Shown here: positions 24,351-34,501 of the stretch, piece after piece
Numbering within the stretch: the stretch's first letter is position 1
How the letters are laid out: each line of letters opens with the position of its first letter
Source of the DNA: Bilabrum cf. latius
Lineage: Eukaryota
Direction: 5' to 3'
Length of the DNA: 64,000 nucleotides
NCBI GenBank assembly: GCA_965178125.1
Contig: OZ237749.1
Span: 248,001-312,000, forward strand
Notes under the pieces: model-generated
What the model was told of the DNA's origin: nothing
Database searches by the model: none
What the model saw: only the letters and a program-made list of their open reading frames with translations
Translations under genes and position numbers: made by a program

Positions 24351-25637
24351 ATGAAGATACACCGACTCGGAAGCTCGCCGGCGATGAACCGAGCAACACG
24401 CATTCACAAAGGAGAGCTTCGACTGAAAATGTGCTGCTTTCGCCTCCAGGAGTTAAGAAAAGGTTTGATTTGGTTCTGGGGCATTGCCTGTCTGGCCTTC
24501 ACGCTGTTTACGCTGCACAGACTGGTCTACTTGGGGTATTTCGACGACGCTCCTTTACCAGCCGGTGTCGAGGCCCAGCTCGGCATACAGATCAAGACAA
24601 TCCTGTACATTCACATGTGCGCAATTGAATGTATAGCAGTGTGTGAATGTTTGGCTTGTATCGATGCAACGGCGGAAAAGCGCTAGAACGCTGATGTCTC
24701 AAGCACTCCATGCGACGCTTTGTATCTGATTGCAGCAGTCCTTACGGTTGGCATTCTCATTGCTACTTGGTTTGTCATTGGTGAATGGCTCTACTGTTTG
24801 TCTACAGGCTGCTCTGAGAGGACAGGCCCGCTGCTCAGTCTACTCGCGGAAATTGTAGGCTACGTCTCATTTGGAGCTGAATGCTTTTGGATTCTCATCA
24901 AGCTGTACTTGAGGTGCCAGAAGCAGTGCCAATCGAATCAGGCAGCCAATAAAGATGATTAGCTTATCGTGCGGCAGGCGGGCCTCGCAAACCAGGCAAC
25001 AAGAGCAGCTGCTCGAGTTGGCGGCTAGGCTGGCTAGGTCGATCTCCGGCGTGCTCCAGCTGCAAGCAACGAGGATATTACTGAACACAAGCTAGAGGAC
25101 GGAGATTTTGCAGTGGACGGCGGCCTAGCCAGAGCAGACGATGGTCCCCAGACAGCTGAGAATCCGCTGAATGGCCAGCAAGCCCGAAGTGGAGCAGCGG
25201 CTGCAGCGACTGCTGAGGAGGACGCACGCATCATGGCTTCCCAGGCAGGTGCAGCGTTGGATGGATACAAAACTGTGCGCAACCCCATGCACCGCCAAGC
25301 CGGCAGGCAAGCGCGTGGAGCTGCGGGCTCTGCAGCATCCGCAGTTCGCCGAGCGATACATGGTATGCTCTTCGACCTTCAGTACAAGCATGAGACTACT
25401 TCCAGAGGCATCATAATGCACATGCGGGCCATCCAGGATCTAGCAGATCAGGCGCGCGATGCCGGTGCGAATGATGGCAGCGTTAACGAGGCGTTGGAGG
25501 GGGTACTGCTTGGTACGCAGCGGGTCTTGCACAGCTTCCGCAATGCGCGTGACGACGATGTAGCAGGGCTATCGGCCGTGCAGCAACACGAGATTTGTTC
25601 TCTCGAAGATTTCGCTGATTTGCTACCGAAGGAGTGA
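24351..25637 (+). CDS. Hypothetical multi-pass (about 4 TM) membrane protein, paralog of 43277-44560
   Basis: ORFs 24351, 24720 and 25113 in frame via TAGs; ends TGA; frame conserved with the second copy. True start may be the MCCFRL ATG (~24429). Confidence 0.65.
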
Positions 25638-25881
25638 TGCATCGCTTGATGAGCGAATGCATACCGTGGTATGCCGCCAGACGAACTGCAGCTGCCCAGC
25701 AGCCAAACTTGTGTTTTTGAACACAGAAACAGCGATTGAAAACTTCAAACGGTTCTAAGCTATCAAAATCATTTCATTGCAACACAAATAGCCCTAGCAA
25801 TGCGAGAATTTGACACAGTGAATGCGCCCTTTCTCTATCGCATGAACCGAACAACACTTCGCGCAGTACTCACTAGCCTGA

Positions 25882-26502
25882 TCAGACGTCTTTCTTCTCT
25901 TTCATACTCATGTCCTTGGATACAAGCTGCGGCGATCCCACCTCGAACTCCGGTTCGGGTACAGGTTCGTACGTTCCAAATCCACAGTGTGATACCTGCA
26001 CCTCCGGCGGGATGTGTATGCTACCTGGGAGTCGGCAGCTCACGTAGTTAGCGTACCAATACTTGGCAAAATCCAAGTCGCGCCAATCTGGATTTTTGTG
26101 TTGCCTGAGCGTACGGGTAAACCGTGCTCGTGTAATGGGGTGGAGGACCTGCGAGAACCTGGCTCTCCTACGAGCCTCATGCTCATCCAGCCACTCCAGT
26201 CGCATGTACACAATATCCTTGTGTAATTTACAGCCCTTGTATACTAATCGCGAGTGCGTGGTCACCAATGCAACGTGGCTAGTCCAATACTTTACTAGGG
26301 CTTTCTCGCAACGAATCGACACTGTCATACCCTCCAGGAGTTCAATAGAGCGATATCCCACGGGATCTGGCGGAATGTATACAACTGATTTGTCCTGTGG
26401 TGTCGTGGCTGGTTGCGCATGATCATTTGGCCTTCTCTCGATCAGCTGCAGCTTGCGGCGCTTTACTTTCTGTTCGCAGAGCTCGCTTGGAACCAACGCC
26501 AT
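25882..26502 (-). CDS. Hypothetical protein (206 aa), paralog of 44806-45426
   Basis: ATG-to-TGA ORF with identical length and frame in both duplicated copies. Confidence 0.55.
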   Translation of the reverse strand: MALVPSELCEQKVKRRKLQLIERRPNDHAQPATTPQDKSVVYIPPDPVGYRSIELLEGMTVSIRCEKALVKYWTSHVALVTTHSRLVYKGCKLHKDIVYMRLEWLDEHEARRRARFSQVLHPITRARFTRTLRQHKNPDWRDLDFAKYWYANYVSCRLPGSIHIPPEVQVSHCGFGTYEPVPEPEFEVGSPQLVSKDMSMKEKKDV

Positions 26503-26665
26503 CCTGTTCGATTCAGGCTAGTCTGAAAGGAGGCATGGCTGTAGTAATTTCACTGGCACCTACAAGTCTAGGCCAGACCTAACCACCTGAATATAGGTCC
26601 TACACGCGGCGGCGCGCGCGCGACCTGTAGTAAGTTTACCCTACAAATTATTCTGGTATTTGTGG

Positions 26666-27344
26666 GACCGTGAGGACGCAGAAAGGGGCGGTACGCAGTG
26701 GCGTGCGGGTCGTACCCTTTGTGGTGGACGTGTTGGGGGGGATCGGGGAGAAGTCGGTCGAGTTCCTGCAGGTGCTCGACAAGTTGCCGAAGAAGAGGTA
26801 GGAGGACAAAGGGCGGCTGGTTTCGACTCGTCCGGCCAACGCACGCCTCTCGTGGTCTTCTGTGGCAAAGGCTCGCCTCTCCGTTGCCGCCTAGCACCAG
26901 CACGTGCGTGGGGAACAGCGTGTGTACCACACTATGTACTCACGGGTCATGCAGGACCACTCAAGGATCCTCGATTTTGTCTCGAAGGGATCGAGGAGGG
27001 CTGCAGCGAAGGCCAAACGGGCGCTCGAACGGGCGGTCCGGGAGGACTTCGCCAGCCTGGCTGTAGGGGCAGCCGAAAACAACAACCTCGCCGTGGCGAT
27101 CGCCAACGTCAAGGCAGGGTTGGCTCAGAACGGGCAGCAGGACGGGGTGCCGGCAGCGGGCGCCGGAGGGAACGTGAACGCTGACGCTCCCCAGGGGGAA
27201 ATGGGTCCCCAGGGTGGAGCTTAGGTGGTTTAGGCCATTGCAGCTGAAGCGTGAAGTCTGGTAGGTCCCGGGCCCTCGTTCCAGATGTTTCTTCGTGATA
27301 GCGTGCGCTTTTGAGTTGAGTCCACAAAATATCAGATCCCCCCC
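26666..27344 (+). mobile_element. 5'-truncated RLE-type non-LTR retrotransposon copy with C7 tail and 10-bp TSD
   Basis: Near-identical to 23482-24160; flanked by GTATTTGTGG at 26656-26665 and 27345-27354. Confidence 0.88.
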
Positions 27345-27400
27345 GTATTTGTGGTAGGCCGAGGCCTATTCGAAGCCTTGTGGGGGGGGCTTTATGGAGT

Positions 27401-28190
27401 GCCCAGCACCAGCACGTTCGCGAGAATTAGCGTGTATACCACACTATGTACTCACGGGTCATGCAGGACCACTCAAGGATCCTCGACTTTGCATCGAAGA
27501 GTTCGAGGAGGGCTCTAGCGAAGGCCAAACAGGCGCTCGTCAGAGCGGTCCGGGAGGACATCGCCAGCCTGGCCGTAGGGGCAGGCGAAAATATCAATCT
27601 CGCCGCGGCGGTCGCCAACGTCAGGGCAGGGTTGCGCAAGAACGGATAGGCAGGACAGGCGGGGTACCGGCAGCGGGCGCTGAGGGGGGATGTGAATGCT
27701 GACTGACGCCCACTGGTGGCACCACTGGCAGCGGGCGCTGAGGGGGGACGTGAATGCTGACTGACGCCCACTGGTGGCACCACTGGCAGCGGGCGCTGAG
27801 GGGGGACGTGAATGCTGGCTGACGCCCACTGGTGGCACCACTGGCAGCGGGCGCTGAGGGGGGACGTGAATGCTGACTGACGCCCACTGGTGGCACCACT
27901 GGCAGCGGGCGCTGAGGGGGGACGTGAATGCTGACTGACGCCCACTGGTGGCACCACTGGCAGCGGGCGCTGAGGGGGGATGTGAATGCTGACTGACGCC
28001 TACTGGTGGCACCACTGGCAGCGGGCGCTGAGGGGGGATGTGAATGCTGACTGACGCCTACTGGTGGCACCACTGGCAGCGGGCGCTGAGGGGGGACGTG
28101 AATGCTGACTGACGCCCACTGGTGGCACCACTGGCAGCGGGGAAATGGGCCCTCAGGGCGGTGTTCAGGCGTGGCTTAGGATTGCTGCCA
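27401..28190 (+). mobile_element. Diverged fragment of the same retrotransposon family containing a minisatellite expansion
   Basis: 27401-27668 aligns to 26889-27150; similarity resumes after the array at GGGGAAATGGGCCCTCAGGG (~28139). Confidence 0.75.
27669..28140. repeat. 58-bp minisatellite, 8 full copies plus partial
   Basis: Unit GGCAGCGGGCGCTGAGGGGGGA(T/C)GTGAATGCTGACTGACGCCCACTGGTGGCACCACT at 27669 + n*58. Confidence 0.95.
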
Positions 28191-28820
28191 ATATCAAAAT
28201 ATGAGATATTTTCATGCTCTTTACCCATATCAACCATGTTTGCCCGAGGAGAGCTTGCGTTGGATAGTCCCAACGAATCAGCAGGATCGTGCCATGCGCT
28301 CCACACGCTGGGCTCCGTTTCCGTGGGGTCGCCGTGCTGCATGTTTCTCAGCATCAGGCGTGCTGGGCTCTTCTCTACGTACTACACGAGCAGCACCCGC
28401 TGGGCTGCCTTGAGTATTGCGAGAGTAGCTGTCGCTTCGTGTGCATCCTGCTTTTACTCAACACCAACTCCGCCAGCCCACTGCCGTGCTGTCATTGGCT
28501 CCACTGCTCCGCTGACCAGCGGCTTCGTGTGCGCTGCTGTTCACGCGCTAGCTACTCCTCGCGGTTGAAATTGTGCAGGACAGCTGCATTCCGCATGGTG
28601 ACCGTTCTGGCACCAGCACACCGCGCTCGGCTGTGTAAAAATCACTGGCAATTGATCTGGCTGCCCTCGTGCCACGCTGGCAAATGCGTAACCCACTGCA
28701 GTTGGTTCTCAAACCAGCAGCGCCCAGGATTTACGTCCCATCCGCGGAAACTAGGCATGAGCGTACAAATGTGCTCTGCCGCACAGTCCAAGAGGTTGAA
28801 ACGAACCATGGAACCATTCA

Positions 28821-29216
28821 TCAGCACATGTACTCGGCAAGCATTTGCCCCATTGCAGACTCCAGGTCCTCGTCCTCGATGATCACTCCTTGCAGGCTAG
28901 ACCCAGCACTTCCAGGCGTGCGGGCACCTACTGCTCCAAGCTCCGCCTCCCTGCACAGCTGTTTCCCGAGATCCTCCGCAAAGCATTCAACAAGTTTTGC
29001 TAGCGCAGCCAGATTTGATTTCGAAATCCGAGGCACCACGTCTTTCTCCTCTGCGACAGCACGAGTGCGCAGCCTATGCTACACGAGAGCGCCAACTGCC
29101 TTCTGATCGAATACTAGTCTACCATCCTGTCGCATTTTCTCAAGCCCCGACGACTTTCGTGCACCAGCAGCAGGCTTGGCGACATTCGAATTTGCACTGA
29201 CTCCGTTTGCTTCCAT
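28821..29216 (-). CDS. CENP-X/MHF2-like histone-fold protein (131 aa)
   Basis: ATG 29216, one TAG, TGA at 28821. FDQKAVGALV*HRL...RISKSNLAALAKLVECFAED...REAE...IEDEDLESAMGQMLAEY parallels the CENP-X pattern. The ATG is preceded by a polypyrimidine-TAG, a possible intron acceptor. Confidence 0.62.
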
Positions 29217-29355
29217 CTAGCAAAACAAAGGGGAGAATGAGCAATTGTCCTATACTACGTCCTGCTTTGTACAAAACCCGCACTGATCACTAAATGCCGG
29301 AATAATCTGGCTTTGAAGGAGCGCTTGCGCTTCAATCTCGATTGGTGGGAACGTT

Positions 29356-32259
29356 CCGTCAGGTGCCTCATGGCCGGACTCGACCGGAGGCACCATGGCC
29401 GGACTTCGGATTGCACACCAATTATATCCACTATGAATGAACCAATCGACGCAACATGCCGCGTACTGTTTCAAACGTTATATTAAATTCAACATCTCTG
29501 CCCAGTGCGAGGAAGAGCGCTGTAAAAAGAGTCGTTCAAGCAGCTGAAGCACAGCTGTTTGGCATCAAGTGGTTTGACATGGGCTCTTGAATGCATGAGG
29601 ACCTGATTTTGACTCACCAGAGGGAACCACAGTGTAGATGTACTCGTGAACAAACAATTGGGTCCAAAGCGCTAACCATTGAGACGGCAAGTAAGTCGAT
29701 TTCGTTCACCGTCAGCGCAACGGACGGGTGCGACGAGACAAAGGCAGTGCCGAAAGCCGCTTGTCACAGGTGGCAAGAAGCTCTGTAGCAAGTCAAACCA
29801 ATGCAGTACAACGGAAAATAGGCATAATTTCTACCTTAGTGGGTTCAGAAGGTGCGAGCATGTGGATTCGAGTAGCTAGCAAAGTTCTGAGCTAGGGAGA
29901 CAGGTGCGAAAGGAGGAGCCATGCTGGCTGCGATGGCCATCCGCGCCCACCTGGGATCCCGTGAGTGGATGCCGAGCTACAAGTCTTATAGAAACTTTCT
30001 GACTACATTTGGTCTTGCTGTCAAGAAGGACGAGGACAAAGAATCAAGCCGAAAGCAAGCCGAGGCAGTGCAGTTGCAGTGGGAGCTCATGATCAAGCTG
30101 TGTGACCTTTTCGGGTACTCAATCGACAAAAAGACTGGTAAAGTCAAATTTGGTCGAAGAAAAGTGGATCATAGATGTATATTTAATGCTGACGAGACCA
30201 TGCTGCAGCTGTACCGCGCTGCGGCAGGAGTAATCTCCAGCAAGGAGCTTGGACGCGTGAACGAGAATAGACCTGAGTGGAACAAGAAGACCGCAACGTT
30301 GTTGCCAATAGTTACTGCTGCTGGAACGCTTGCTGTTTGCATGTTGATATTCTAGGCCGGAGTAGAAGTCATCAAAAAAGAGCGTGAGGCGTCCGCTGCA
30401 GCAGCATAGCGCGCTGACGAGGCGTCTGCCAAGGCTGAGGAGCATTTGCATGCGGCTGCTAAGCAGCTCCGCCAAGCGCAGCAAAAGTCCACCAGAAAGC
30501 GACGGACTACCAGGGAGCCATCCTCCGGGGCTGGGGCCGGCTAGTCTCCCATGGACGAGGACTGCAGCGGGACGGCAGCGAGCTCCTCCAGCTCAGCTGC
30601 CGCGGCAGCAGCGCTCACCCCGGTGCAACAGCTGGTGCGTGATTTCGAAAGCGTACAGGAGAGGGTCGCTGCATACGGTGGTGTTCCTAGTCTCGATACA
30701 CAGGCTGATCTCCTTTCACTCCAGAGAGCCTTGCGGGCCAGGCAAGAAGGTGAAGCCTACGCACGCAAGGCGGATCGTGCCATCAGTGACGAGTAGATCT
30801 CCCTGATCGTCAAGATCGCCCAAGACCGTTAAATGACCAAGTGCAACATCAAGGCAGGCTTTCGAAAGGCATGACCATGGCCAGTTCGCCCTGCAGCAGC
30901 GTTCGAGTAGGTCCAAATCACTGAAGCTGAGGATGAGGCCGCTGGTGGCCGGGATGCTGAGAATGCCACCGGGGGCGCCAACCTCGACGACGCCGACCAG
31001 TACCTGATGCCGCTGCATCACATGGCGGAGATTATCAAGTCGGGTTCAAGTGCAGGACTAACTATTGGGGCAACGTGCTCACCCACACTACAGCTGGGCG
31101 AGAGCGCACCCGGGAGCAGATCAGCAAGCAGCTCGTCATCCGCGGCAACCCCTCGGGAGCAGCGGGCGAGCAAGCGAAGGGCGACCACTGCCAGTGCCGT
31201 CAAATTGAGCGATGTCGGCCTCAGTTCGCCCGGAAGCAGTGTTCTGGAGGAAGTCATTGCAATCGAGAAGGAATTTCGGGAGAATACGAACTTGGACCTG
31301 CAGCGACGGCAGCTCAGGCTTGGAGGGGGGATGCAGTGCATGAGGCAGGCTTTCGCTGTCGTCGCCGCCGAGGGCGCTCGTCAGTACCCGAACCGGAGCA
31401 GCGCCCGCGAGGAATTCAAAGATGGCAGCAAGTATAGCCTAGTTGTTGCCGAGGATGCAGCGGATGGCCAAGCTAAAGCAGTCATAGCCAGGGCAGGAAA
31501 GAAGCAAGCCAACGCCTTGGCTGAATCGGAGAAAAGCGCAGCGCAAGTGGCTGTTAACAAGGAGATACGGGTCAAAATAGATGCTTAAGGGAAGAATATT
31601 GCCAATTCAAAGAGGAGGACGGAAGGTGCTGAGAAAAAGCTCGCTAAAATGAAGAGGGAAGCTCGACAACTACAGCAGCAGAACCGAGCCCTGCCGGAAC
31701 AGCTGCGTGCAACGCGACTTCTTATCATCGGAGACAAGCGTCTCCGCCCTGAATTCGACAAAGGTTACCATGAGGAAGATGTAGACGGTAATTGCGGGCA
31801 AAAAAGCAACGATACAAGCGAAGAACGGCCTGGCAAACGCCGTCGCAAGTATTCTGAGCACGCTCGAGCAGCAGCTTTCGCTGAAATCGACGCAAACTCG
31901 AAACGTACTCCGCCAAAACAATGATTATATGATTAAAATTTATACTGGCGTTCTCAAACGTGGATTTTATCCACTCAGTGTGACACAATCCGGTCCAGAA
32001 GTGGAGTCCGGCCATGCGACCTGCCAGCTCTAGAATGTGACGATTTCGGCCGGGGAGCGGGAAGCAGCTGTCTTTAACCCCCTGTATCTCTGGCTACGTA
32101 TGACTTTTAGCAGTTGTGATTCACAACATGCATAAAAACTGTATAATGTATCCATTTGTGTGGTTAATATTACAATTACATGGAATTTTTACGCCAAACG
32201 AGCCACCGTCTCAGGCGGCGATTTGCTCCGGTCGAGTCCGGCCATGAGGCACCTGACGG
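29356..32259 (+). mobile_element. pogo/Tc2-like (Tc1-mariner superfamily) DNA transposon, 2.9 kb, 34-bp TIRs
   Basis: CCGTCAGGTGCCTCATGGCCGGACTCGACCGGAG at 29356-29389 is the exact reverse complement of 32226-32259. TT on both flanks; internal repeats of CATGGCCGGACT. Confidence 0.87.
29591..31924 (+). pseudogene. Decayed pogo-like (DDE_1) transposase
   Basis: One frame with IFNADET, ATLLPIVTAAG...MLIF and MTKCNIKAGFRKA(stop)PWP motifs, but several in-frame TAA/TGA and no recognisable second/third catalytic Asp region. Confidence 0.75.
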
Positions 32260-32317
32260 TTCGCCGAGTTTTGCCGAACCAGGGAAGTTCGACAACTGCA
32301 ACAACTTTGATTTTGTG

Positions 32318-34396
32318 ATGCCAAAGAGATCTCGTTCGCTGCCTGCAGACAAAACGAAAGGCAAATCTAGTAAATCAGCGAATGGTGGTGTTCAATTGCC
32401 CAAACAAAAGAAAGCCAGGATTTAGGGCTCCACTGAGCCTCCTGCACAGCCTGGAGTTGACCTTGCAGTCTTCCTTGAGGAAAATGGGCAGTTGGCTGAC
32501 GGCGGCTAGTTTAAAGTTGACAAGTTATCCACTAGCATGCACTGGTGGGATTCGCTTGGCGTTGCGTCCAAAGTGATTGCGCCTGCCGGCGACGTGAGCG
32601 ATGACAACGAATCGACAAACTCTGGCGACAGTGAATCAGAGGGGGAAGATGAAGATGACGGCGATGAGATCATGGGCTTCAGTGTCAAAGACATGATCTC
32701 GATGCGTCGAGCAATGGAGCAAGAAGAAGAGGAAATCAGCGAAGATGAGACGGACACCGCTGGGGAGACCCAGGGCGAGGACCGCGCAGCCACACTCCGC
32801 GACGACCCTGACGGTGCCATGTTCGTGCGCCCGGGACAAAAGCCTCCAATGGGTGGTGTTGACTGGATGAGCGGCCTGGACAGCGATTCTGATGGCGACG
32901 ACGGCGATTAGCAGGGCACTGACAAGAAGAAAGCAAAAGGGAAGGCTGCCGACAAGCAGGTGGATTCAGGCGCATCCAGGAGTGCGACATCGGCAACGAA
33001 GGCGACAGCTAATTCAACCTCTCGGAGCGCGCTGGTCGCATCTTCCATCCCAGCAACAAGCACGACCTCGGCGTCATCGCCATCGCTCGACCAATCCGGC
33101 TCTGCTAGTGCTGGTGCCGGTGCTGGTGCTGGTGCAGCAGCAGTCGTTGTGCTTGAGGACGAGGAAGGCGAGATGGACCAGATCAGAGAGGCGCAGAAAA
33201 ACAAGAGGGCAGCCAGGGCGAGTGCGGCCAGCAGCATGGCGCAGGGCGATGCAGGTGGCCAAGAGAACAGCGAGAGTGGCACTGCAGGGGCAAGCCACAG
33301 CGATGAGGCAAGTGGTAAGGCTAAGATCATGCCCGAAGAGGACCAAGGCCAAGACCAAGACCAGGACGAGGACGAGGACGGTGATGATGACGAGGACGGT
33401 GATGATGACGAGGACGAGGAGTCGCCGGAGCCCAAGCCACGTACCAGCGAATCGCTCCCTGCCCCCGTCCAGCTCCCGCCCGCCCTCCGTCTTGTCAGAG
33501 CTGCCGCTGCCAGCGATCCCGCCCGCTGCCTGTTTGTGCGGGGCGTAGATAAAGGGTCAGCCGACGAATCAGTGGCTGGCAAGATTGCCCTCCTGGCCGG
33601 GATCCGAAAGTCAAAAGGATCCAAGCAAGAGTCAGACTCGACCGGGGCAGGAAGCGGCAGCAGCGATTTGGTTATGTTCGCACAGGAGCGCTAGGGCCGC
33701 CAGCTGCAGCGCATGGCTGGTTATGGTCTGGCGGTGCTGCCCTCCGCTGCGGCTGCGCGTCGCTGCCTTGGGCGTGCGACCGATCTGTCCGTGGCCGCGG
33801 CTAGAGCTGGCCCGGGCGCCCTCGCGCAAGAGGCTATTTCGGGACCGAGCAGTGGCTCTTCTGCGTCAGCAGATGCGGTGGAAGCTCCAGCAGCTGACTC
33901 GGCAGACGTCATGCGAAGAGCAGCAGAGGCCCGTCGCTTGCTAGTGCTTGACGGCAGGGTGCTTCGGGTGGAGTCATGCAATGAGGGCACGGTGCAGAGG
34001 CTGACGAGCAGCCAGACCGGGGTGCGGAGCGGTAGGATGGGCAAGAAGAAGAGACGCACGGAGGAGCTCGCGGCTAGGCCTCCGAGGAGAGGCGGTCGTG
34101 GACGTGGGCGTGGACGTGGACGTGGGCGGGGTGGCGGTCGTGGTCGTGGCACAGGTCCCGGGGCCGGTGGTAGGGGTCGCGGAGGAAGCCGTGGGCGAGG
34201 AAGCTCCCGTGGACGGGGCTCCTTTCGCGGAAGCGGGGGAGGAGGAAATCCCAGTCGCGGCTTTGAGGGTCGTGGGGAAAGCCGTGGGAGAGGAGGACGA
34301 GGAGGAAGAGGGGGAGGATCTTCTCGGGGGAGTGGTCGAGGTAGGGGTAGCGCTGGTCCGAGGGGGCGCGGTAGGGGTGGTGGGGCTGGATAGTAA
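32318..34396 (+). CDS. Nucleolin/Gar2-like RNA-binding protein: acidic tracts, degenerate RRM, C-terminal RGG box (~692 aa)
   Basis: Four track ORFs in one frame via TAG; ends TAG-TAA at 34391-34396. RNP2-like CLFVRGV, RNP1-like GYGLAVL, LDGRVLRVE and a long RG/RGG tail. Confidence 0.75.
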
Positions 34397-34501
34397 GGAT
34401 ATGATGATTCAATCCTGTCCGATGACCGTCGGGTAACACGCTCTTTGACATCAAAATTTCGAAACTAGGCAAGTCACATTCGAAATCCCATTCTGATTGA
34501 G

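Larger units (their letters stand above)
23328..26595. repeat. Segmental duplication copy 1 (homologous to 42984-45519), interrupted by a retroelement at 23442-24160
   Basis: Near-identical sequence to 42984-45519 by direct comparison, including both genes. Confidence 0.93.

Noticed and set aside
27669-28140. CRISPR-like array
   Set aside because: Units are contiguous and near-identical with no unique spacers; no cas genes; eukaryotic context.
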